Origin: Candidatus Multivoradales bacterium
Lineage (GTDB): Bacteria; Acidobacteriota; Thermoanaerobaculia; Multivoradales; JAHEKO01
Direction of reading: 5' to 3'
DNA: 64,000 bases
Assembly (NCBI GenBank): GCA_965248055.1
Contig: CBDFIJ010000004.1
Span: 2,496,001-2,560,000, forward strand
Both the position numbers and the translations under genes were made by a program. This document shows positions 20,104 through 30,068 of this stretch, piece by piece; the stretch's first letter is position 1; each line of letters begins with the position of its first letter. The notes beneath the pieces are model-generated. The model saw only the letters and a program-made list of their open reading frames with translations, ran no database searches and was not told where the DNA came from.

Positions 20104-21230
20104 ATCCACTCCAAAGCCACCAATCTCGGAAGCCTGGCCGTTCGCGGTACTGGTTCAACTCTTGGGTACCAGACCCTTGACCCGCCAGCAAGGCGACAAT
20201 AACTGCTAATGGCAAAAAAACGATCATAGTGGTAGCCCACAGGAAAGATGAAGAAAATCATCAGTGACACCGGGAACGTGAGTAAAGAGAGCCACGCGGT
20301 CTGTCGCCGTTGAGTCGCCCACCAAACGGCAAGAAGGGCGGCCCCGAAGGACAGCACGCCGGTGACAAAAACCAGATTCAGAACTGCGTCGCGCAGCAAC
20401 TCGAAAGAGCCTGACAAGGTTCGAGAGTAAAGGGCGAACCGCTCGGTATCTGGGCCCAAGATTACGGCTAAGTGTTGGCGAAACCCGGTCGGCGCCCAGA
20501 GTTCGTGAATCAGGGCGAACGCTGTGGCACACACCACGATCGACAACAGAATTCGGCGGTCGAACAGCACGGTAGCCCAGCTTCTTGGGTTGGTCCCCTT
20601 GAATCGCACCAAGCTAACGAGAAGCACCAATGTTGGGACTATGTAGAGTGCGATTGCTTGATCTTTGGTCACTCCAGCGAGTGTTGCCGTGAGCGCAAAC
20701 GGCAGATAGTCGCGCAGCCGGTGCTGACGGAGAATTCTGACAAAGAAAAATAACGATGCGGTAAACCACATCAAATACGGTGCTTCCAGGTTAGCCAGTT
20801 TGCTGTAGTACACCATCACCGGCGAAAGCCCGTAGATGGCAGCGGCTAGTAGGGCGCCAGCAGCTGATGGGAAGAGTTGTCGATAGGTGGCGACAATCAG
20901 CACCAGTGTGATCAACGCCATCGCGACACTGATCAGGCGAGCGGCCAGCTGTCGCCGCCGGTTGAGTTGATGGGGTTCGAGATCGGTCGGCGAAAACTGA
21001 TCCACCAACCAATACCCAGCGTTGACTATCCGATAGTGAAGCGGCGGATAGCGGCCATGGAAACGATCCATCGCGGTGTATCCGCGGTGATACGGGGTCA
21101 GCTCATCGTGAGCCCAACTTTCAGCGCGCTTTGTGGGCAGGCCCCAATCGATTCCAATCAAATAAAACAACGAACAGAAGACCAAGATGACCGTCAACTT
21201 GGGGCCAAGATCTTGAGTTCGAGCCTGCAT
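20049..21230 (-). CDS. GT-C fold (ArnT/PMT-like) membrane glycosyltransferase, 3' end probably frameshifted
   Basis: WGLP..WAHDE acidic motif, YPPLHY, ARLISV, GVTK, many TM helices; hydrophobic character continues in another frame after the T7 tract at 20214-20220. Confidence 0.75.
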   Translation of the reverse strand: MQARTQDLGPKLTVILVFCSLFYLIGIDWGLPTKRAESWAHDELTPYHRGYTAMDRFHGRYPPLHYRIVNAGYWLVDQFSPTDLEPHQLNRRRQLAARLISVAMALITLVLIVATYRQLFPSAAGALLAAAIYGLSPVMVYYSKLANLEAPYLMWFTASLFFFVRILRQHRLRDYLPFALTATLAGVTKDQAIALYIVPTLVLLVSLVRFKGTNPRSWATVLFDRRILLSIVVCATAFALIHELWAPTGFRQHLAVILGPDTERFALYSRTLSGSFELLRDAVLNLVFVTGVLSFGAALLAVWWATQRRQTAWLSLLTFPVSLMIFFIFPVGYHYDRFFAISSYCRLAGGSRVWYPRVEPVPRTARLPRLVALEWIHWGEFFERDSCESSEVQ

Positions 21231-21233
21231 CGA

Positions 21234-22832
<1,599 letters not shown>

Positions 22833-22954
22833 AGTAGTAGAGATTGTACCCGACCTATGGTCTTGAAGTACCCGAACCGGTCCCAGATCGATGGCTCGTG
22901 GTGCCGGTAGATTTGCTAGCTAGCGCTGAGATTGCGGACGCGGATGAGGAAGAC

Positions 22955-23677
22955 TTATCTCGAAGCTCCAACTTCGAGAGCATTACTAGGCAATAGTCGT
23001 TTAAACCTTGACGAGAAAGGGAGGTAGCAAATACTAAACAGCAGTAGGCCGGCGAAATTGACGACGATCAGGTACCACGGCCAAGGGCCGAAATAGTCAA
23101 ATGGGGTCGCCCCCAGAGGCTTCTGGCTGAGAAACAAATAGTTGGTGTTGTAGGCCAAGTTGACCGGCGCTGCGATCGCCCCCATTCCCCAAGTCGCTAT
23201 CAAGGCCCACAGGATCGACTTTGCCCTCGGTCGCATGCCAAGAATGAATATCGCCACTGCAATCCCCAAGATCGGCAGCCCGTGGCCGATAAAAAATGAG
23301 AAAAACGCAAAGCTGGGAAATCCGGATTGCAGATCCGGCGTATGCAGCGACATGGTGGCTCCAGAGGCCACCCAGAAATAGTTGATTTGAAACACGCGGT
23401 CACTTTCAAACCATAGAACGATCGCCGTCAACAGCACCGACATGCCGCACAAATGGAGCGGTAACAGTTTCGGCCACGACTCGCCCAGCTTCCATCGCCA
23501 CAAGGTTTCAACAGATCGATAGAGCACCAGCACCACCGCCAGAATGCGAGGTGCTGAGGTTCTCCAACCCATCGGTATCCTTTGTATCCAGTAGACGATG
23601 ATGCCGATGATCGCGAACGTGGCCGCTGTTGCGACCAAGTGTTGAACGCTAAATGCCTGGAACTGCGATGCAGTCAC
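22955..23677 (-). CDS. YwaF / TIGR02206-like integral membrane protein
   Basis: LPLHLC, HTPDL, FFIGHG, NYLFLS.KP, FGPWPWY. Confidence 0.88.
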   Translation of the reverse strand: MTASQFQAFSVQHLVATAATFAIIGIIVYWIQRIPMGWRTSAPRILAVVLVLYRSVETLWRWKLGESWPKLLPLHLCGMSVLLTAIVLWFESDRVFQINYFWVASGATMSLHTPDLQSGFPSFAFFSFFIGHGLPILGIAVAIFILGMRPRAKSILWALIATWGMGAIAAPVNLAYNTNYLFLSQKPLGATPFDYFGPWPWYLIVVNFAGLLLFSICYLPFSSRFKRLLPSNALEVGASR

Positions 23678-23793
23678 GAGCGAGATTCTACAGAAGTGGG
23701 TTGTGGCGATGCTTGGAATGGGTGCGTGAGGACGACGTGTTGCCGCACAAATTCCATGGACTGCCTGACAGCGGGGTCATAGACTGCGCTGTG

Positions 23794-25875
23794 ATGTGGA
23801 CCTATCGTGACGCCCAGCTCCACTATGCGTGGATGAAGCTTGCCCGAGACTTGGACGCGCGTTTCGAGTCTCTATTGCTGACTGGCAGAGTCGCCAAGTG
23901 GTACAGCCAAGTGGGCAATGAAGCGACCACCGTCGCCGCCGGAATGTCGCTGGAGTTCGGAGATACCCTGGTGTCTTTGCATCGCGACTTGGGTGCCATT
24001 CTTGCGATCTACCTCGACCCGGACCGAACGTTTCCCGGGATCGGATTTCCCAGCCAACAACACAAACCGGCGCCAGAAGATCTGCTGTATCGACTGGCGT
24101 GTCAGCTGTTGGGTCGTGACGACGGCTTTTCCCACGGCATTGAGCGTTCTTTCCACTATCAGTACGCCAATACTGAAGCCGGAATCGACCACGTCGGCAT
24201 GATCAGCCATTTGGGGGCGATGATTCCAGTGGCGGCAGGGGCTGCTTTTGCGCACCAGCAGAGGCGAAACGGTCGGGTCGCGATGAACTTCATCGGCGAC
24301 GGGGGAACTTCCACCGGTGATTTTCACGAAGCCCTTAATATGGCGGGCGTCTGGCGCCTTCCCTTGGTCTTGGTGGTCGAGAACAACGGCTATGCGTTTT
24401 CTACCCCGACTCGACTTCAGTACGCCTGTGAACGGTTGAGTGACCGGGCCCTCGGCTATGGAATCGCCGGGGCCACGGTGGATGGTAACGACCCACAAGC
24501 GATGTCACTGGCTACCCAAGAAGCAGTTGGCCGCGCCCGGGGTGGGGGTGGCCCGACCCTGATCGAGGCGATGCTTGGGCGCATGAAAGGGCACAGCGAA
24601 GGAGACGACTCGCTCAAGGTCGTGCCAAGGGACGATTTATCTCGCTACCAAGCACAAGATCCGGTTCCGGCGATGCGCAAGCGATTGCTTGCTGAGGGAA
24701 TGGATGACGCGCTGTTGCAGCGGATCGAAGCCAGAGTCTCCGACTTGGTGGAAACCAGCCTCGGTCGAGCACTCGAAGCACAACCGCCCGACCCCGGGCG
24801 TGCGACGGTTGAAGTTTTTGCCCCAATGGCTTCGCTCGAGCCCGAGACCTCACTGGAACTCGAAACAGACCACGGGGCAGGGATCGATGCTTCGGCTGGA
24901 GTCTCTGCAGCGACTAGCTATGTCGATGCGATCGCCGGCGCGCTAAGGGATGAGTTGGAGGGGGATCCGACCTTGGTCTTGATGGGCCAGGATATTGCCG
25001 AATTTGAAGGGGCCTTCCGGGTCACCCGGGGTCTCTACGATCGCTGGCCGGAACGTATTCGAGACACGCCGATCGCTGAAAGCGGCACGCTGGGAATCGC
25101 CATCGGCTGTGCCTTGGCGGGCATTCCGGTGGTGGTCGAGATGCAGTTTGCCGACTTTGTCACCTGTGGCTTCAACCAGATCGTCAACGTCGCCGCCAAG
25201 ACCTACTATCGCTGGCAGCGCCGGTGTCCGATCGTGGTGCGGCTACCTTCCGGTGGTGGGGTCGGGGCTGGCCCTTTTCATTCGCAGAATCCCGAGGCCT
25301 GGTTCGCCCACGTGGCGGGGCTCAAGGTGGTCTGTCCCGCGACCGCCGCCGATGCTGGCAATTTGCTGCGATCGGCCATCCGCGACCCTAACCCGGTGAT
25401 CTTTCTGGAGCACAAGTACCTCTATCGGCGGATCAAAGAAGTGTTGCCAACCACGCCTGAGATTGAGTCGTTGGGCCAGGCTCGCGTGGTGCGAGAAGGC
25501 CACGACGTGAGCTTGATCGCCTACGGCTCAGCGGTTTGGTGGTGCCAAGACGCGGCCGATGAGTTGGCGGAGGAAGGCATCAACGCCGAAGTTGTTGACC
25601 TACGATCACTAGTGCCGCTGGACGAACAAACAATTCTGGCGTCGGTGCAAAAGACCGGGCGAGCGGTTGTGGTCCATGAAGCGCAACGAACCGGCGGGTT
25701 CGGTGGCGAGGTGGCAGCATTAATCGCCGAGAAGGCATTTGCTTGGCTCGACGCCCCGGTGGAGCGAGTGGCCTACCCGGATCGACCCGTGCCCTATGCG
25801 AAGAATCTAGAAAAACAACTCTTGCCGCAGGGGGGTGATGTTGCTGCTACGGCTCGTCGTGTGTTGAGTTGGTGA
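23794..25875 (+). CDS. 2-oxoacid (likely branched-chain) dehydrogenase E1, alpha+beta fusion
   Basis: TPP-binding GDGG...ENN and RMKGHSEGD in the alpha part; DTPIAESG, EMQFADF, GPFHSQ, DPNPVIFLEHK, DLRSL in the beta part; start 23791 or 23794. Confidence 0.92.
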   Translation: MWTYRDAQLHYAWMKLARDLDARFESLLLTGRVAKWYSQVGNEATTVAAGMSLEFGDTLVSLHRDLGAILAIYLDPDRTFPGIGFPSQQHKPAPEDLLYRLACQLLGRDDGFSHGIERSFHYQYANTEAGIDHVGMISHLGAMIPVAAGAAFAHQQRRNGRVAMNFIGDGGTSTGDFHEALNMAGVWRLPLVLVVENNGYAFSTPTRLQYACERLSDRALGYGIAGATVDGNDPQAMSLATQEAVGRARGGGGPTLIEAMLGRMKGHSEGDDSLKVVPRDDLSRYQAQDPVPAMRKRLLAEGMDDALLQRIEARVSDLVETSLGRALEAQPPDPGRATVEVFAPMASLEPETSLELETDHGAGIDASAGVSAATSYVDAIAGALRDELEGDPTLVLMGQDIAEFEGAFRVTRGLYDRWPERIRDTPIAESGTLGIAIGCALAGIPVVVEMQFADFVTCGFNQIVNVAAKTYYRWQRRCPIVVRLPSGGGVGAGPFHSQNPEAWFAHVAGLKVVCPATAADAGNLLRSAIRDPNPVIFLEHKYLYRRIKEVLPTTPEIESLGQARVVREGHDVSLIAYGSAVWWCQDAADELAEEGINAEVVDLRSLVPLDEQTILASVQKTGRAVVVHEAQRTGGFGGEVAALIAEKAFAWLDAPVERVAYPDRPVPYAKNLEKQLLPQGGDVAATARRVLSW

Positions 25876-25883
25876 TCTGGTTT

Positions 25884-26825
25884 TCAGAACTTGAGGTTGA
25901 CGGTGGTTACCGCATTTGTCTTTCGCCCGGTCTTGGGGTCTTTAGGTATTTCATAGCGCCACTCGGAGAGTGCCTTTCTCACCGGTTTATCGAGTCTCTT
26001 GTCAGTCGAGTCCACAATAGAGACATTGATCACCTTTCCATTGCGACCGATGGTGATCGCGGCAGACACTTCGCCGGTGATTCCCTCGACTTCTGGCTCG
26101 ACAGAGTGGAGAAGCTTGAGTTGTAGGTTGCCACCTCGCTTGCACTGTCCGCCCAACGAGAAATTCACCGTTAGGGTATAAATAACGTCAATCGGTCTGC
26201 CGTCCGGAGTGTGAGCAGGTTGATACTTCCAACGCCTTACGGCCTGCCTCGCGGCCGCTCCCAAACCAGCAGGAAGGTCTTTGAGAGTGCGTACACTCGT
26301 AACGTCACCTTGTTTGTTGATGATCGACTCGAGGATTACGAGTCCCTCGACGCATGCGATGCGGGCTTCTTTGGTGTAGACGGGATCGGGTGATCGCAAT
26401 TTCTTCGGCGGACGAATTTCCCCCCCGACGCGGACAACTCCGGTTTTTTTTTGGGGACACGGGTTTTCAAAGCGGACTGCGACCGGCAGGTTGACTTCCA
26501 CCGCTTCCCCTGATGAGCGAAGGCGACCCGGCTGATAGAGCCATTCCTGTACCGTCTCTTTAGCAATTTGATCCATCCCGAAGTGTGCGTCGTCCACTAC
26601 TACCACGTCTCCGACCGAACCGTCTTTTTGAACCACGATCAGCAGTGTGACCACGCCGGTAATGCAGAGATTGCGAGCCTCAGGGGGATAGGCGGGAGCA
26701 TCTCCAGCAACGCGTTGTGGAGGCTCAATCCTTGCGTCGTCCACTTCGTATAGATCGGCTGCGAGCAGTGGACAGCTCGCAAACATAAGGGCCAAACCCC
26801 AACCAACCCAGGGTTGTTTGGACAC
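25884..26825 (-). CDS. Exported protein with three tandem TonB C-terminal domains
   Basis: Signal peptide; PAYPPEAR..ITGVV...WLYQPG, PVYTKEAR..VEGLV...WKYQPA, and a third ITGEV...WRYEIP repeat. Confidence 0.85.
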   Translation of the reverse strand: MSKQPWVGWGLALMFASCPLLAADLYEVDDARIEPPQRVAGDAPAYPPEARNLCITGVVTLLIVVQKDGSVGDVVVVDDAHFGMDQIAKETVQEWLYQPGRLRSSGEAVEVNLPVAVRFENPCPQKKTGVVRVGGEIRPPKKLRSPDPVYTKEARIACVEGLVILESIINKQGDVTSVRTLKDLPAGLGAAARQAVRRWKYQPAHTPDGRPIDVIYTLTVNFSLGGQCKRGGNLQLKLLHSVEPEVEGITGEVSAAITIGRNGKVINVSIVDSTDKRLDKPVRKALSEWRYEIPKDPKTGRKTNAVTTVNLKF

Positions 26826-26826
26826 G

Positions 26827-27186
26827 CTACTTGTACGAAGCCAGATAGGCAGCGGCGAACGGCAGCAGGGGTAGAACCCACAACAGCGGCTTGGCTACGC
26901 CAGGGCTGCGGCGGATCCAGAACGGGATGATCCCGAGGATGATCCAAATCACCAACTTCATCCATACCCAACTTGGAATTCCATGAATTCCCAGCCGCGC
27001 CAGCATGCCGAAACCGGCGACGATCATCAGGATCATGCCGACGCCGTGCAGCGCCATCAGGGTACTTTTCTGACTGCTCTCGGCAGTTTTGTGGCCGCTG
27101 GCAACCAGGGCGAGCATGCCTCCCAGAGCAACCAAGACGGCGGCGAGGCCGAGGATGTGGATCAGGCTGTAGGTGGCTAAGCTCAT
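26827..27186 (-). CDS. Small 4-TM membrane protein (SirB2-like)
   Basis: YSLIH, HGVG, AGFGML, WVWMKLVIW; ATG at 27186 with SD AAGGAG. Confidence 0.7.
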   Translation of the reverse strand: MSLATYSLIHILGLAAVLVALGGMLALVASGHKTAESSQKSTLMALHGVGMILMIVAGFGMLARLGIHGIPSWVWMKLVIWIILGIIPFWIRRSPGVAKPLLWVLPLLPFAAAYLASYK

Positions 27187-27331
27187 GGATGCGGCTCCTT
27201 TTTTTGCTGGATCTCTGTTGGCTTGAAACGGGTTCGTTTGAGGGGCGGACTGCAGGTTATCAATCGACGGTCTATCGGTAACGCTGATTCGCCGAGATTC
27301 TTTTCGATGGTTGTGCAGGTACCCACCGGGG

Positions 27332-29257
27332 TTACATCTGCTCCGGCAGTTCAATGCCGAGTAGGTCGCTCAGCACGCTCATCCCACGCTCAAAGGCTTG
27401 AAACGCCGCGATCCGAAGATTGCGCAGATCATCATCGGCTTCTTGCAACACCGGGTGGCGGTGGTAGGCGGCGTTGAACTTCTGGGCCAATTCCACCGCG
27501 TGCCGAGCGATGGTCGAGATTTCATACGGTGGTGTGGCTGCATCGGCAACCACCGAAGGAATTCTCGCCACGGTGACCACCAGATCCCACAGATCGTCAT
27601 GTTGGTTCCAGGTTTCAGAGGGGATTTGTGCGATCTCCTGGTCGGAGGGCTGGGCAATACTGGCTGCCTGAAGCTTCTTACGAATATTGCGAGCACGAAC
27701 CACCGAATATTGCAGGTAGGGACCAGTTTCACCTTCAAAAGCAAGCGCATCGTCCAGATCAAACGCGATCACCCGGGTGGTGGTCGCTTTGGCCATGAAA
27801 AACCGCAAGGCGGCGACCGAGATCTGGTGCGCCAGTTTCCTTTTTGCTTCCGGGCCTAGTTCTGACCCTCGCAGGTCGAGTTCCGCGGAACTCTTGGCAA
27901 TCAATTGGTCGATCAGGTCATCGGCCTTGACGCCGATTCCCTTGCGGCCCGACATCTCGACACTGCCGCCTGAGGTTGAAATGCCCATCGACTCGGCGGT
28001 TACCGCCGACAGCGAGACCATTTCGTAGGCGAAGTGAAAAGACTCCTTGGCCTCCTGCTCGTGACCCAATGCCTCTAATCCGGCGCGAACAATCTTTTGC
28101 AGGTAGCTCTGGCGAGCATCGATGACATTGACCACATGGTCTCCGCCACCGAATTTGGGGTCAGCTGGCGATTGGCCTTCGGGCTGGCCATGATCGGTTC
28201 TCCAGACTCCTTGGTCGGTCCAGTTCAAATACTGGAAGTCCAAGCCCAGAAGTCCAAATTTCCACAACTGGTAGGCGATGTCTTTGCCGACATAGGTGAC
28301 GGTGCCGTCCGAGCGCACGATGACCTTGTCTGGATCCTCGAGACCTTTGAATTCCTCACTCTCGCTGAGCGGCATGACCCAACAGCCAGCGTTCTTACCG
28401 TCGGCCTCAAGGTGAATCGTGCCCGCCTGTTTGAGGCGTTCGAAGGCGCGGGCAAAAAAATCCAGCGCCAAGATGTCGCTCTCGCGAGTCAGCAGGTCGT
28501 ATTCGATGCCCAGCCTTCGCATGGTGGTCAGGTGGCGGCCTACAACCCGCTCAGCGATTGCTCGCCCTACGTCGGCGCGCGGACCCGATCCAGATTCCAA
28601 CTGATGCAGAGTGGTACTGCGAAGTCTCTGGCGTTCGGGGTCTTCAGCGAACCACTCTCCTACGCGGGCATAGAGATCCCAGCAATAGAAGTCGAAAGGC
28701 TCCGGAATCGCTGCAATTTCTGCCGCAGGCATCTCCGAGAGATCGAGAAATCCAACCACCACATCGGCAACTTGCACGCCGGTGTCGTCGATGTAGTTTT
28801 CGACTTCTACCCGGTGCCCAACGGCGCGCAGCAGGCGACCAAGGATGTCCCCGAGCACTGCGTTGCGCAGATGACCGATGTGGGCGGCTTTGTTGGGGTT
28901 GATATTGGTGTGCTCGACGATGATGCGGCGCGCGTTGGGTGTCGAGTACGCAAGTGAGTTTTTCAGTACTTGAGGAGCTAGCGCGGCGCGGTCATAAAAC
29001 AGGTTGAGATAGCCAGCCCCGGCGACTTCCAGGCGTCCGAGATCTTGGGGGACCGATACTTCCTGGCTGATGCTTTCGGCGATTTCCCGAGGTGGTTTTC
29101 GCAGTTCCCGTGCCAGGGATAATGCCACCGGGCTGGCCAGATCACCGAGATCTCGACTCGGGGGTAGCAAGACGGGTACCTCAAGTTCCAGCCCGTAGAG
29201 TCGTTGGATGGCCGACGAAAGCTGTTTTTCAAAGTCGCTTGCCCAGGTAGACCACAT
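27332..29257 (-). CDS. argS: Arginine--tRNA ligase
   Basis: EHTNINPNKAAHIGHLRN (HIGH), MSGRKG, GETGPYLQYS, C-terminal DALR domain ending LPEQM. Confidence 0.97.
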   Translation of the reverse strand: MWSTWASDFEKQLSSAIQRLYGLELEVPVLLPPSRDLGDLASPVALSLARELRKPPREIAESISQEVSVPQDLGRLEVAGAGYLNLFYDRAALAPQVLKNSLAYSTPNARRIIVEHTNINPNKAAHIGHLRNAVLGDILGRLLRAVGHRVEVENYIDDTGVQVADVVVGFLDLSEMPAAEIAAIPEPFDFYCWDLYARVGEWFAEDPERQRLRSTTLHQLESGSGPRADVGRAIAERVVGRHLTTMRRLGIEYDLLTRESDILALDFFARAFERLKQAGTIHLEADGKNAGCWVMPLSESEEFKGLEDPDKVIVRSDGTVTYVGKDIAYQLWKFGLLGLDFQYLNWTDQGVWRTDHGQPEGQSPADPKFGGGDHVVNVIDARQSYLQKIVRAGLEALGHEQEAKESFHFAYEMVSLSAVTAESMGISTSGGSVEMSGRKGIGVKADDLIDQLIAKSSAELDLRGSELGPEAKRKLAHQISVAALRFFMAKATTTRVIAFDLDDALAFEGETGPYLQYSVVRARNIRKKLQAASIAQPSDQEIAQIPSETWNQHDDLWDLVVTVARIPSVVADAATPPYEISTIARHAVELAQKFNAAYHRHPVLQEADDDLRNLRIAAFQAFERGMSVLSDLLGIELPEQM

Positions 29258-29375
29258 TGGCGCAGAAGTCTAACCCAGGCATGGAGCCAACAACCAATGA
29301 GGAAGCGAATAGGGGGTGGGTTTTTGCACCCTGTGATCAGTGATAACATTGAAGGTCAGACTGTCGGAGGGTTGG

Positions 29376-29939
29376 ATGGCTCGAGAACAACTAAAAACAA
29401 AAGAAAATCGGATCACAATTCGGCTCGGGGACACCTTTATGGACCTGATCGAAGGTGACGTAACGACTTTAGAGGTCGATGCGATTGTCAATCCGGCGAA
29501 TGAAGACCTAATAATGGGCGGTGGACTCTCCGGCCAGATCTTGGAAAAAGGTGGAGAGTCGATCCAAAGAGAGTGTGACCGAATCGGTGGAACCGCGGTG
29601 GGAACTGCGGTGATTACCGGCTCTGGTGAATTGCCTCACAAGCACGTGATCCACGCTGTGGGTCCGCGTATGGGTGAAGGGGATGAAGATCGCAAACTCT
29701 CGTCTGCAGTTCGTGCTTGCTTGGCGCTGGCTGATCGACACGGCTTGGCTTCGGTTGCGGTGCCGGCAATTTCGACCGGGGTTTTTGGCTTCCCGATGAA
29801 TCGCTGCGCTCGGATTACGTTGACTGAGATTCATCGCTACCTGCAGGGTGGTACCAAGCTTCAGCGGGTGTCCGTGGTGCTGTTTGATGAAGACGCCTAT
29901 CAAAATTTTGCGCGCGAGCTGCGTCGGGGTTTTCGCTAG
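29376..29939 (+). CDS. Macro domain protein (YmdB-like ADP-ribose hydrolase)
   Basis: GDVT, DAIVNPAN, GGG, VIHAVGP, PAISTGVFGFP; SD GGAGG before ATG 29376. Confidence 0.93.
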   Translation: MAREQLKTKENRITIRLGDTFMDLIEGDVTTLEVDAIVNPANEDLIMGGGLSGQILEKGGESIQRECDRIGGTAVGTAVITGSGELPHKHVIHAVGPRMGEGDEDRKLSSAVRACLALADRHGLASVAVPAISTGVFGFPMNRCARITLTEIHRYLQGGTKLQRVSVVLFDEDAYQNFARELRRGFR

Positions 29940-30068
29940 AGAACGTCGCTTCGCCGGTTGGCGAATCGTTGAGTCGGACCACAGGTAGCTAGATCTTTGG
30001 ATCCGATTACCGATCTACAAAGCAAGTCAGTACAGGTTGTGCTTGAGACCAAGCGTCTAGGAGGATGT

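Noticed and set aside
22916-22927. GCTAGCTAGCGC repeated near 50486
   Set aside because: Short, low-complexity, partly explained by TAG stop codons; no element structure.
28097-28957. 286-aa ORF antisense to argS (likewise 10642-11346, 653-1258, 23872-24498, 59522-60172)
   Set aside because: Antisense mirrors of conserved genes caused by codon bias; no independent evidence.
29376-29939. Macro domain as antitoxin of a DarTG-like defence system
   Set aside because: No adjacent ADP-ribosyltransferase toxin; stand-alone YmdB-like housekeeping form.
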